Shown here: positions 12,981 to 24,335 of the stretch, piece by piece
Numbering within the stretch: position 1 is the first letter of the stretch
Layout: each line of letters opens with the position of its first letter
Source: Mobula hypostoma
Lineage: Eukaryota
Direction of reading: 5' to 3'
Assembly (NCBI RefSeq): GCF_963921235.1
Contig: NC_086109.1
Span: forward strand, 19,656,001-19,720,000
Length of the DNA stretch: 64,000 bases
Notes under the pieces: model-generated
What the model saw: only the letters and a program-made list of their open reading frames with translations
Database searches by the model: none
Told to the model about the DNA's origin: nothing
Made by a program: the position numbers and the translations under genes

Positions 12981-13289
12981 GGTTGAAGAAGCAAAAGCTT
13001 AAAAAAGGAGAAAGCTGATAGGAAGTGACAGTTGACCATGGTGTAAATGGAAGTAGACTGGAAAACAGGCTGAGGTGATGGGCATGTCCTTACGGTGGGG
13101 AAGGGGAAGAGAAGGGGTAAGAGGACTACCATAATGATGAAGAACAAAGGGCGAGAGACTGAAAATTAGGGAAGCAGTTGCCAGAAATTAGAGAAATTGA
13201 TGCTGATGCTGTCGAGTTGGAACTACCGAGGCAGAATATGAGGCGTTTCTCCTCCAACATGTGTCTGGCCTCATTGTAGCAGTAGTGCG

Positions 13290-14290
13290 TCACTTCATCG
13301 AACTCTTTTGCTGACCTTCCACCCCACCAGGGATAGGGTTCCTCTTGTCCTCACCTACCATCCCACTAGCCTCCGCGTCCAGCACATAATCCTCTGCAAA
13401 TTCCGCCATCTCCAACGGATCCCACCACCAAGCACATCTTTCCCTCCGCCCCTCCCCCACTTGCTGCTTTCCGCACGGATTGCTCTCTACGCGATTCCCT
13501 TGTCCATTCGTCCCTCCCCACTGATCTCCCTCCTGCAAGTGGAACAAGAGTCATACCTGCCCCTACACCTCCTCCCTCACTACCATTCAGAGCCTCAAAG
13601 TGTCCTTACAGGTGAGTCGACATTTAACCTGTGAGTCATTTGGGGTCATCTACAGGGACCCCCCTGTATATCGATGAGACCCAAAAGTAGATTGGGAGAC
13701 CGCTTTGCTAGGCACCTACGCTCCATCCGCCAGAAAAAGCAGGATCTCCCGGTGGCCACCCACTGAAGTCTACTTCCCATTCTCATTCACACATGTCGCA
13801 ACAAGGCCATACTCACCTTATATTCTGTTTGAGTAGTCTCCAACCTGGTGGCATGAACATAAATTTTTCAAACTTCTGGTAATTGCACCCCTCCCACTTT
13901 CATCATTTCTATTCCCATTTCTCTCTCTCACCTCATCTCCTTACCTGCCCATCACCTCCCTCTGGTGCTCCTTCCCCTTCCCTTTCTTCCACGGTCATCT
14001 ACCCTCTCCTGTCAGATTCCCCTTTATCTCTTTCACCTATCAGCTTCCCAGCCCTTTACTGCAACCCTCCCTCTCTCCCATTTCAACCTATCAGCTGCCA
14101 CACTGTACTTCTTCCTCTCCTCCCCCACCTTCTGGCTCTAACTTCTCATTTTCCTTTCCAGTCCTGATAAAAAGTCTCGGCCTGAAACATCAACTCTTAA
14201 CTCTTTTCCATAGATGCTACCTGGCCTGCTGAGTTCCTCTCGCGTGTTGCGTGTGTTGCTTGGATTTCCCGCATCTGAAGATTTTCTCTC
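13290..14290 (+). mobile_element. Penelope-like retroelement: RT C-terminus, GIY-YIG endonuclease remnant and pLTR
   Basis: RDRVPLVLTYHPTSLRVQHII..FRHLQR, SLRDSLVHS, HLTCESFGVIY...YIDET..RLGDRFARHLRSIRQKKQDLPVATH; frameshifted. Confidence 0.88.
14159..14196 (+). ncRNA. hammerhead ribozyme motif in pLTR (degenerate)
   Basis: CAGTC-CTGATAA-AAAGTCTCGGCCT-GAAA-CATC-AACTC; G8 mutated. Confidence 0.5.
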
Positions 14291-14317
14291 GACTTTTGCT
14301 CAGTTTATTGCAACAGC

Positions 14318-14910
14318 CAGAATCTCCCGGTGGCCACCCATTTCAAATTCCACTTCCATTCCCACACTGACATCTCTGTCCATGGCCCCCTCTATTGCCA
14401 CAATGCAGACAAATGCAGACTTGAGGTGTAACACCTCATTTTCCGTTTTGGTGATCTCCAACTTGATGGCATGAACATTGATTTCTCTAACATTCGGTAA
14501 CCTCTCCCGTCTGTTTCCATGCCTCTGCCTGTTTGTTTTCCCTCATTCTGATGTCCTCTAACCTCTTCCCTTTTTCTCCCCTGCCCTCACAACCTGTCGG
14601 ACACCTCCCTCTGACTCCTCATCTCCTTCCCTTTATTCCATTGTCTACCATCCTCTCCTCTCAAAGTTCTTCTTCAGCCCTTTACCTCTTCAACCCATCA
14701 CCACCCAGCTTCTCACGTCATTCCCTTTCACCTCCCCTCCCCCATCCACCCACCTAGACTGCCCTACCACATTTCAGCTTGAACTCCTTCATCTCCTCGC
14801 ACCTTTTTAGCCTGCCTTCTGCCGCCTTCCTTTCCAGTCCTGATGCGGTGTCCCGGCCTGAAATGTCAACTGTTCAGTTCCCTCAAAAGATGCTACCTGA
14901 TCTGCTGAGT
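14318..14910 (+). mobile_element. second tandem Penelope pLTR
   Basis: Repeats atctcccggtggccaccca...ggcatgaacat of the upstream copy; hammerhead remnant at 14835-14872. Confidence 0.75.
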
Positions 14911-14985
14911 TCAAAATCAGAATCAAATTTAATATCACTGGCATATGTTGTGAAATTTGTTAATTTTCTCTAGTTCCTCTCGTAT

Positions 14986-15164
14986 TGTGTGAGTGTGTGT
15001 ATGTGTACGTGTGTGTGTGAGTGTGTGTGTGTGTGTGTGTGTATGTGTGTGTATGTGTGTGTGTGTGTGAGTGTGTGTATGTGTATGTGTGTGTATGTGT
15101 GTGAGAGTGTGTATGTGTGAGTGTGTGTGTGTATGTGTGTGAGTGTGTGTGTGTGTGTGTGTGT
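14986..15164. repeat. compound (TG)n microsatellite with TA/AG interruptions
   Basis: ~180 bp of TG repeats. Confidence 0.95.
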
Positions 15165-15279
15165 ATTATAAAAATAGTCAGAACATCTGCTTCAAGACCC
15201 TCTGACTGAGTGATAAATAAAGGCCAAAGATCCCTGCTTCTTCTTCATAAAGTCATTTACATTCACCGCGGAATGAAAG

Positions 15280-15482
15280 GATTCCGCAGATGCCGTAAAT
15301 CCAGAGTAACCCACACAAAATGCTGGAGGAACTCAGCAGGTCAGGCAGTATCTATGGAAAGGACTAAGCAGTCGACATTTTGGGCCGGTGCTGCTGAAGG
15401 GTCTCGGTGTGACACATTGACTCTTTATTCCTTTCCATAGATAGTACTGAGTTCTTACAGCGTTTTGTATGTATTACTCTGG
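15280..15482. mobile_element. Penelope pLTR-derived palindromic element
   Basis: cacaaaatgctggaggaactcagcagg...tctatggaaagg / cctttccataga...ctgagttcttacagcgttttgt arms. Confidence 0.7.
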
Positions 15483-16299
15483 TTTGATGTACCAACCAAA
15501 ATAATGAGGTTTCCAACTAGTGCAGTTGATTGCATTGAGATTGTCAGCAATGTGGTGATATATCTGTATGGAACCATGATCTCTTGGCTCAGAGGCAACC
15601 CGCCTGACCTCTTTGTCACATCTGTATGTGATAAAACTTGAAAGTAATGAAGTAGAAAGAAGAGATTACTGAAATTAGTGAAATTAAAGTTAATCTGATA
15701 GGCAGTGAGAACTTGAGGCTATTGCTGTCATATTAATTGGCTTTCATATTAAGCAATGTAAAGATAAAATTGTCAGGATTAATTATGTCCGACTTTCATG
15801 GTAAGTTTCAACGACTGGACAAGAAGAAAGGCCTCCAATTGGCTTGTTAAGGATGCACAGCATTAGTAGTACTTTAATGATATTTCTCTATAACGTGATG
15901 CAAAGCCTATTAGTTTAGCCGCTATTTTCAATCTGACCTTTCACAAGATTCTGTAAAGGTTTTCCAGTTTGCTTGTTTTGAATTAGCTGTAATTTTGTTT
16001 TGTCAGTTTAGTTGCAGGCAAGAGGTAAGGTGTTGTCAACTGACTGTTAGTTGAGCACCAGTGGGTCTCCAAGCCCCTGGGATCTGAAGGGGAAACAGCA
16101 GTGAGATTCCACACAACATTGGTGCCTTGTGTCTCCTACAGAGAAGAAGCACCTGTGTATGTAATGACATTAGTAACTAATATAGGGTGGAGTTCCTCTT
16201 TGGACCAGCTTGCAGCTGCTCCAATATATTAATATCCTGACTGATTTTTCACCTCAAATTCACCCTCCTGTACTAATTCCTTACCCGTGTTTCCCTTAT

Positions 16300-16750
16300 T
16301 AGAACATAGAACGTGGACATCTACAGCCCACAATGTTGTGCTGACTATGTAACCTACTCTAGAAACTGCCTAGAATTTCCCTACCACATAGCCCTCTATT
16401 TTACTAATCCCTCTATTTTTCTAAGCTCCAGGTACCTATCTATGAGTCTCTTAAAAGACCCTATTGTGTCCACCACCACCACCTTCACCGGCAGTGCATT
16501 CCATGTACCCACCATTCTCTGTATGAAAAACTTACCCCTGAAATCCCCTCTGTCCCTGCTTCCAAGCACCTTAAAATTATACCCCCTCGTGTTAGCTATT
16601 TCAGCCCTGGCAAAAAGCCTCTGGCTATCCACATGATCAATGCCTCTAAGCATCTTATACACCTCTATCAGGTTACTTCTCATCCTCCATCACTCCAAGA
16701 AGAAAAGGCCAAGTTCACTCAACTTATTCTCATAAGGCATGATCTCCAAC
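16300..16750 (-). mobile_element. CR1 LINE 3' fragment
   Basis: ORF 16396..16683 NLIEVYKMLRGIDHVDSQRLF...TRGYNFKV..FFIQRMVGTWNALP. Confidence 0.9.
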
Positions 16751-16845
16751 AAAAAATATATAATAAAAATAAAAGAATAAAATGCTAAAATATTTATTAT
16801 TGAAATCGTTTATTAATTTTTTCTTGAATTTCCTCAGTGACTGTG

Positions 16846-17075
16846 AGGCAAACAGTGGTGTAGCCAGTCAAGTCATTGCCTTACAGTTCAAGTGAATCCG
16901 GTTCAATCCTGACCTCAGTTGCTGTCCATGTGGAGTTTGCACGTTCTCTCTGTGACTGTGTGGTTTTCCTCCAGGTACCTGGTGTTTTCCCATGGCCTGA
17001 AAGTTAATAGGTTAATTGGTCACTGTAAGTTGCCTCTAGTGTGTACATGTGTGGTAGAATCTATGGGGAGTTGAT
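16846..17075 (+). mobile_element. tRNA-derived V-SINE
   Basis: ggttcaatcc B-box, gtggagtttgcacgttctctc...gtggttttcctccagg V-domain. Confidence 0.75.
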
Positions 17076-17079
17076 TGAA

Positions 17080-17463
17080 GGAGGATGAGAGGTGTTTTGA
17101 TAGAGGTATACAATGTGATAGGAGACATAGATAGAGTGAACAGAAGAAAAAAGAATTTTTCCCAGGGTGGAAATGACTAATATGAGAGGACATATCTTTA
17201 AGATAATTAGAGAAATGTGTAGGGGGGATGTCAAAGATAAGCTTTTTCATATAGAGAATGGTCAGTGCATAGAATATGTGGCCAGAAATGATGGTCGAGC
17301 AGATGTATTATGGGCACATCAGAAACCCTTAGATAGGCACTTAGATAATAGAAAAATAGAGGGCTATGTGGGAGGGTTGTTCTTAGAGTTGGTTAAAAGC
17401 TCAGCACAACATTATAGGCCAAATCGCCTACACTGTACTGCAATGTTTTGTGTTCTATATTCT
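17080..17463 (+). mobile_element. CR1 LINE 3' fragment
   Basis: tttgatagaggtata, MRGHIFKII, tail tgtgttctatattc. Confidence 0.75.
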
Positions 17464-17579
17464 AAGAACTGCAAGATGAATTAATAGTGTTAATGTAAAA
17501 TGGCAATTTAATGGTCAATATAGTGAAGGGTATGCTTTTTCACCATCTGAACCTATGACTCTTTCTCTACTCATCTCCA

Positions 17580-18048
17580 TAGCACCTTAAGTAGAGAACT
17601 TCAAAGATTTCCCATCCTCCAGGAAAAGAAATTTCTTCTCATCTCAGTCCTGAAAGTCCTGAAAACTTAAAGACTACGACTCCCAGTTCTAATCATCCTA
17701 GCCAAGGGAATCGTTATCATTCTACCCATTCTGTCAAGCCTGAGCATAATTTTTTGCATTTTTCATTAAACCACGATCAAGTTTTCTAAATTTAAGAGAA
17801 TATAACTTAAAGGGTGCTCCATTTGCTTAATCTCTCCTCACAAGATAAACTACCATCCCTAGAATCAGTCTGGAGTATAAATGTTGCACTCCCACAGTCG
17901 TACGCATATCTTGCTTTGGTAAGGAGACCAGAGCTCTACACATTATTTAGGTGGGTTCTCACAGGGTCATATAAATGGAGAAAGGTAACTCTACGCTTGT
18001 ACTTGAATCTTTTGCAATAAAGGCCTACATACCAGTTGCCTTCCTAAT
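17580..18048 (-). mobile_element. old CR1 LINE fragment
   Basis: aaaagaaatttcttctcatctcagtcc and downstream degenerate CR1 3' region. Confidence 0.5.
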
Positions 18049-18209
18049 TGCAGAAGGTAGTGTTTATATGAAATGAGCTGCCAGAGGAAGTGCTAGATGC
18101 CTAAGGGATTTTGGGACAAATAGTTTTTAAGGAAGGCGCAGAGGAATGCAAGCCTAAGGCAGGCAAACCAGGATTAGTGTAGATGGGCATCAGTACAGAT
18201 GAAGATTAA

Positions 18210-18531
18210 AGTTAAAGGTTGGCTTTATTTGTCACATGTACTTCAAAACATACAGTGAAATGTGTCATATCTATCAAATCAAATCAGTGAGGACTGTGAT
18301 GTCCAGCCCACAAGTGTCACCATACGTCTGTTGCCAATATAACATGCCCCAATCACCAACCCTAACCTGCAAGTCTTTGGAATGTGGGAGGAAACTGGAG
18401 CACCCAGAGGAAACTGGCACAGTCACAGGGAGAATGTACAAATTACTTTCAGGCAGTGGTGGGAATCGAACCTCAATCTTACAACCGGTATTATAAATTG
18501 TTGCACTAACCTGCTGCACTACCATGCTGCC
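18210..18531 (-). mobile_element. tRNA-derived V-SINE nested in a CR1 3' end
   Basis: gtgggaggaaactggagcacccagaggaaac (V-domain rc), gggaatcgaacc (B-box rc). Confidence 0.8.
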
Positions 18532-18771
18532 TTGAATGAACAGAGTTGAGTCGAAGAACCTTCTCCCTTCTGTACAATTCCATGACTCTATGACATCCTC
18601 ATGTTAACTTTCAGTGATACATGTCAAGGACATCTTTCAAATTGTCACCATTTAAAAAGTACTTTGTCTGTCTTTTTCCTTCACTGTAAAAGTTGTCCGC
18701 ACTTTATATTCCAAGCCCTTGTTTAATTTATTTAACCTTTCTGAAGGCTCTCTGCATTCTCCCTTCATCTC

Positions 18772-18862
18772 CTGTCCTGAGGAAGGGTCTCGGCTAGAAA
18801 TATCAACTGTTCACTTATTTCCAGGCCTGCTGAGTTCCTCCAGCATTTTCTGTGCGTTGCTC
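18772..18862 (+). mobile_element. Penelope pLTR fragment with hammerhead remnant
   Basis: CTGTC-CTGAGGA-AGGGTCTCGGCTA-GAAA-TATC-AACTG then cctgctgagttcctccagcatttt. Confidence 0.65.
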
Positions 18863-19659
18863 GCTGTATTCTTCTCATTCCCTACACCACCACCCAGCTT
18901 AATGTCATACATACAATAATTTGTTTTCAGACATGATTCCTTCCACAGATCAATTATTCTGGACAAAAATCATCAGAAATTAATGCTTGAGTCTTTTTTA
19001 TTCTGCCTGTAGAAACTTGTACACGTTACAGCACATACTACTTCACAGAAGTGAACACAACAATAAAGCATTTCATTGCCTATAAATAGCCTTAAGGTTA
19101 TGAAAGGTGCAAGTTTTTTTTTAAATATGAAGTGGCCACCATTACTTAGTTTCAAATAAGAAAATGGGTAAGTTGCAGGAAGGAGATTTAGCATGATACA
19201 GCTAATGTCAAAAGGAATAATAGACTGGGCATGAGGGGCAAAATGGCCTACTCCAGCTGCCATTTTCTTATGTTCCTATGTTCTACTAATGGCAAATGGA
19301 GCCCATATCCCCTCAGCGGTTGATCTCATCAGGAGAGGAACAAGTAAATATATTTAATTGGCTGGCTCCTAAGAAAAGCAAATGAGTTACAATGGGCAAA
19401 TTAGCTTACTACAATGCAAGATTCACTGACTGTCTCCTTCCTTCCCAGTTCAAACATCGTAAATCCCTTGACAGAATTAATTTCTTTTTGAAGGGGCAGT
19501 GCTGTTTTAGGTCAGGGAACGGAAGAGTAACATCAGCAGCATTTCCTAAAGAAAACTGGATGCACTCCAGAACAAAAAAAATAGAAAAAAGTGAGTTTGG
19601 ATCCCAGCAAGGTGCATTGAGAATTTCAGTTCAGTTTTTATTATTAGAAGATAAAGTCA

Positions 19660-19945
19660 GAGGACCTAGATTTAGGGTAAGGGGAAATAGATTTAGACAG
19701 GATCTGAGGTATTGGGGTTGGTTTTACGCCATGGAAGTGGTGAGTACCTGGAATTCTCTGCCGGAGAGAGTGGTGGAAGCTAAGTTGATGGCAGCATTCA
19801 AGTAGTCCCGAGATGAGCACTTGAATCACCTAGACAAGGAGGGCTATGGGGCAAGTGCTGGAAGATGGGATTAATATGGATGGGGGCCTACTGGTCAGCA
19901 GGGAATGGTGGGCCAAATGACCCATTACCATGGTGCATGGTCATA
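19660..19945 (+). mobile_element. CR1 LINE 3' fragment
   Basis: RGPRFRVRGNRFRQDLR..VVSTWNSLPERVVEA. Confidence 0.8.
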
Positions 19946-19957
19946 TTCATTAACTCT

Positions 19958-21130
19958 AGAAACATAGGAACATAGAAACATTAAAGGCATCCGTTAGTCT
20001 TGCTAGACCATGGATCTGCGCCTGGAAAGTCTTCACTCTCCAGGGCGCAGGCCTGGACAAGGTTGTATGGAAGACCAGCAGTTGCCCATGCCGCAAGTCT
20101 CTCCTCTCCACAACACCGATGTTGTCCAAGGGAAGGGCATTAGGACCCATACAGCTTGGCACCAGTGTCATCGCAGAGCAATGTGTGATTAAGTGCCTTG
20201 CTCAAGGACACAACACGTTGCCTCGGCTGGGGCTTGAACTCACGACCTTCAGGTCGCTAGTCCAGTGCTTTAACCACTTGGCCACGTGCCCACACATAGA
20301 AAACAATACAGGCCCTTGGCCCACAAAGCTGTGCCGAACATGTCCCTACCACAGAACTACCTAGGCTTACCCATTGTCCTCTATTTTACTAAGCTCCATA
20401 TAGCCATCCAGCAGTCTCTTAAAAGACCCTATCGTTTCCGCCTCCACCACCACCACCGGCAGCCCATTCCACGCACTCACTACACTCTGCATAGAAAAAA
20501 CTTACCCCTGACATCTTCTCTGTACCTAGTTCCAAGCACCTTAAAACTATGCCCTCTTGTGCTAGTCACTTCAGCCCTGGGGAAAAGTCTCTGACTATCC
20601 ACACGATCAATGCCTCTCATTATCTTGTACACCTCTATCAAGTCACCTCTCATCCTCCATCACTCCAAGGAGAAAAGGCCAAGTTCACTCAGCCTATTCT
20701 TATAAGCCAATCCAGGCAACATCCTTGTAAATCTCATCTGCACCCTTTCTATGGTTTCCACGTCCTTCCTGTAGTGAGGCAACCAGAACGCACAGTTTTT
20801 CAAGTGGGGTCCGACCAGGGTCCTATATAGCTGCACATTACCTCTCGGCTCTTAAACTCAATCCCACGATTGATGAAGGCCAATGCACCGTATGCCTTCT
20901 TAACCACAGAGTCAACCTGCATAGCAGCTTTGAGTGTCCTATGAACTCGGACCCCCAAGATCCCTCTGATCCTCCACACTGCCAAGAGTCTTACCATTAA
21001 TACTAAATTCTGCCATCATATTTGACCTACCAAAATGAACCACCTCAGACTTACCTGGGTTGAACTCCATCTGCCACTTCTTAGCCCAGTTTTGCATCCT
21101 ATCAATGTCCTTTGTAACCTCGACAGCCCT
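19958..21130 (-). mobile_element. young CR1 LINE 3' portion
   Basis: LQRTLIG / DIDRMQNWAKKWQMEFNPGKSEVVHFGR; VVKKAYGALAFINRGIEFKS; (agaaacat)n tail. Confidence 0.92.
19982..20290 (-). mobile_element. tRNA-CORE-RTE-tail SINE, copy 1
   Basis: rc: ggcacgtggccaagtggttaa A-box, gagttcaagccc B-box, gtgtccttgagcaaggcacttaa CORE-like block; second copy at 50320-50620. Confidence 0.8.
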
Positions 21131-21999
21131 ACAAGTAATAAAACTGACCACAATCCTGTGTACAAAGAAAGCCCAGTTAGTTTGATTATTAGTAATGAGG
21201 AAAGAAAATTTAACCATTTCATTTCACACCAAAGTAGTTGTTCTTAACAAGCCCTTGAAATGATTGTGGAAGCCCTGCCATAGGTTCAAGAAAATAGCCA
21301 TCACCACCACCTACTGAATGAATCCCAACAATGCCCACAGCTCTGCAAAAATAAACAATGCGATCAGACCTTAACTACTCTGTTTAATTATTGATGTAAA
21401 CTTCATTTTGTTTGTTTACTTCTCGAGTTGTCTCTGCTGTAGGTGCTATTAAGGACACAGGTATCTGCTAGCATGAGATACTGTCATTTCTAAATTAGGA
21501 ATGGATCTAGTCAATCTTCCAAACAGTTTATGCGATAGGCCAGAAGACTGATGACACATTATCATACTTTTCGGCTTCGCTGAACACTTTAATAAGGTCT
21601 CTATCCTCTGATGCAGTATCAAACCTGCCGAACTGTTCTCCAAGAGTAATTTATAGGGTGTAGCGAAACAGAATTGTTTGTCTTTTCCTTTGTTCCTTCT
21701 CAGGAAGTGGGAGTAGGCTAGTTATGTTTGTACAACCAGTTGACAGCTTTGCCATTGCTTTTATTGATCACAGCTTTTTACTTCATAATTTTTTTTTAAA
21801 AGTCGACTCCGAATTCGCAAATTTCCCTGGCAGGATTTGAACTAATAATTTCTCTAAATTATTAGACCAGTAGCTTCACTAGTGCATAACCACATCTGGT
21901 TTATGAGACAAATAGAGGAGGCCTTGAAGATTAAAGGGGAATCTTAGTGTTGGCACAAGGAGTTTTGTTATTATGTACATAAATACTAAAACTCATCAC

Positions 22000-22240
22000 C
22001 CCTACTGAGGCTTTAGCTGCCAACAGCAGCTCACCAGGTTCCTCTGTCCTGGGCCACTCTTTCCACTCTTTCAAGTTGTCACCAGTTGTAACAAATCAAA
22101 GATCCGTCCTCTCCCGGGGATGAGGTCTTTGGAGCTTCTGTGGCCATTTCTGTAGCACTGGGCTTTAATGGGATGAGCTTCTTAGCCCCATGCCCAACCT
22201 TTCTCCTTTCACAGCTGGGCTTCCACGGCAGAGTTGGGTT
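22000..22240 (-). mobile_element. bipartite RTE-derived non-autonomous element (tentative)
   Basis: rc contains ggttgggcatggggctaa (RTE 5'UTR-like) and ggcccaggacagagg..tggtgagctgctgttggcagc (RTE C-terminal AQDR..W). Confidence 0.45.
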
Positions 22241-22701
22241 TGTTGAGCAAAGTCTTACCAAGAAAAATAAAACCATCCTATTTCACTGGAGGTCCATCAA
22301 GGTGTCATGTTGTTTGATAAAGAATTCTATGCATGAGTTCATACCTAATCACTCCCAATGACCTAAGCAGGAGCACCTTTGATTTTCCTAATGGATCTTG
22401 GTCCACCTATCTCCCGATCATGTCCTTTCTCATAAAACACTGTAGAACTGATGGAGATCTTCGTTCCATTCAACCTATTCCATCTTCTTCAAAGGGCTAT
22501 CTATCTATTCCATATTAACAATGAAAGACACAAATGTACGTTGGGATCCAATAGTTATTCAAAGTAAAGCCACTGATATATTTGGACATTAGGTGCCATA
22601 AATCAGAAGGATTCTTTCCAGCCATTATCATATCCCTACCTCCCCTTGGACAATATCTAGTTCAGTACTGATTCAGAAACAAAACAGGGAGGTTGTAAAT
22701 C

Positions 22702-23111
22702 ATCGTCGTGGCTATCCCTCGAGGTCGAGGATGATGGTCTTTGTTCTGTTGATCTACTTATGGGCTCTCAAGTGGCTTATGAGTCCAATCTTGGATTTGA
22801 AAGTTCTTCCGTATTCAGGACAGGTAGTTCCAGATGGAAGATCAGGCTTTGGTTGTTGCTGCCTCTCTTTCCATTTTCTTCTCTTTTCTTCTAATTCTGC
22901 ACATCCGTTGGCTTCGAAAGTTGCTGTTCCTTCTCGGATGATGGCTTGCCAGAGTTTCCTGTCCTTGGCCTTGGTTTCCTAATTGTTGATGTCGATGTTA
23001 CATTTCTTCACGTTGGCTTTTAAGACGTCTTTGAATCTCTTCTGTTGTCCGCCTCTTTTACGTTTTCCTTCCTTAAGCTGGGAGTATAAGATTTGTTTCC
23101 GCAGACGTTCG
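22702..23111 (-). mobile_element. RTE-clade LINE 3' end with C-terminal C2H2-like finger
   Basis: rc reads RLRKQILYSQLKEGKRKRGGQQKRFKDVLKANVKKCNIDINN*ETKAKDRKLW...TCPEYGRTFKSKIGLISHLRAHK*. Confidence 0.9.
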
Positions 23112-23361
23112 TATTGCTTATCTGTACAGGTTAACTTATTTCAGTGAAGGGAAAGGATGATATGCTGTGTAACAGATCTGTCTTCATTGTTTGGGGATTT
23201 TCTTTTGTTTCATGGATGTTTGTGAAGAGCAAGAATTTCAGGTTGTATATTGTATACATTCTCTGATATTAAATGGAATTATTGAACCATTGAAAGGGGA
23301 GGGGGGAGATAGAAAGAAATGGGGAGTGAAAGAGAGAGAAAGGGATTATGAATAAAGTCAA

Positions 23362-23520
23362 GAGATTCTGCAGATGCTGGATATCTTGAGTAACAAACAC
23401 AAAATGCTGGAGGAGCTCACCGCATCAGGCAGCATTTATGGAGAGGAATAAACAGTCAATGCTTCAGGGTGAGACCCTTCAGCAGGGCTTGAAAGGAAGG
23501 GGGAAGAAGCCAGAACAAAG
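23362..23520 (-). mobile_element. Penelope pLTR fragment
   Basis: gagattctgcagatgctgg...cacaaaatgctggaggagctc, degenerate hammerhead at 23453-23490. Confidence 0.7.
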
Positions 23521-23529
23521 AGATTACAA

Positions 23530-23825
23530 ATATCTATATTACTGCTGCTTGCGACCTCAAGATTCCCCAAGATCAGTATAAGTGGAAAAGGGTTGGAAGC
23601 TCAGCTGCCAATCTGTACACAGTAAGCTCCCACAAAACCAAAGTTTCAATGACCGGTGTTTTATTGGCATTGGTGGAGGGATAAATATCTTACAAACACC
23701 AAGGCGATTATCTCACCCCTGTTTGAAGAACTGCCATGGGATTATTCTGCCCATCTGAGGGGGCAAAGGGAGGCTGCACCACCTTTCACCTGATAGCCCA
23801 CGCACCTGAAAGCCTGCACTACAAT
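23530..23825 (-). mobile_element. ancient Deu-domain SINE (SacSINE1/AmnSINE-like)
   Basis: cagctgccaatctgtacacagtaagctcccacaa, gagggataaatat, gaagaactgccatgggat match rc of the Deu domain. Confidence 0.6.
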
Positions 23826-24335
23826 TTTGTGTGGGGAAAGATTCGAAGAAGCTGTGCGTGATGGTTGACTGAAGCTTTGCTCCACTTCGGTTCATTCTTC
23901 CGCTCGACCAGCAGATGTTTCTTCAGCCTGAAACCTAATATTTGATTAAGCTGCTCTCTCTGGACCGCTGATTGGAATCTGCCCACTTTTACAGAGCGAC
24001 TTAGTTCTGTAACACAAGCACATCATTACTTTCAGTAGCCATCCAGCTAATGGTTGCTATGGTTTTATTCCTGCTGCAATACTACGTTGTAAAGAAACTT
24101 TATTAACCTGGTTGTTTTGGTCTACAAATAAGGTGGCAGTTTATGATTGCAGTGTAGGTCATTCAGCCTCTTTAATCTAGCACTCTACTAGCAATAACAG
24201 CAGGAAATTATGGACCTAACAAGGTAACCATTACAAGGAAGACAAGCAGGCCTATTGTCGGAGATTGGATGCACTCAATGGCCAGTTTATTAGATACCTC
24301 CTGTACCTTGTACCACAAAGTGTATGTTTGTGGCC

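Larger units (their letters stand above)
12468..13288 (-). mobile_element. Penelope-like element, inverted pLTR and ORF end (contains a SINE)
   Basis: Reverse complement of the 13800-14290 type sequence; hammerhead core at 12539-12576. Confidence 0.7.

Noticed and set aside
14986..15164. Interrupted TG repeat as a structured or CRISPR-like array
   Set aside because: Plain compound microsatellite with no repeat-spacer organisation
15777..15806. Possible micro-exon ending in catg|gtaagt
   Set aside because: Good donor but weak acceptor; expected by chance in 64 kb
19392..19805. 137-aa ORF
   Set aside because: The C-terminal third is CR1 ORF2 and the remainder has no recognisable homology or splice support
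24053..24066. Half X-box gttgctatggtttt
   Set aside because: The second half-site does not match; too weak on its own
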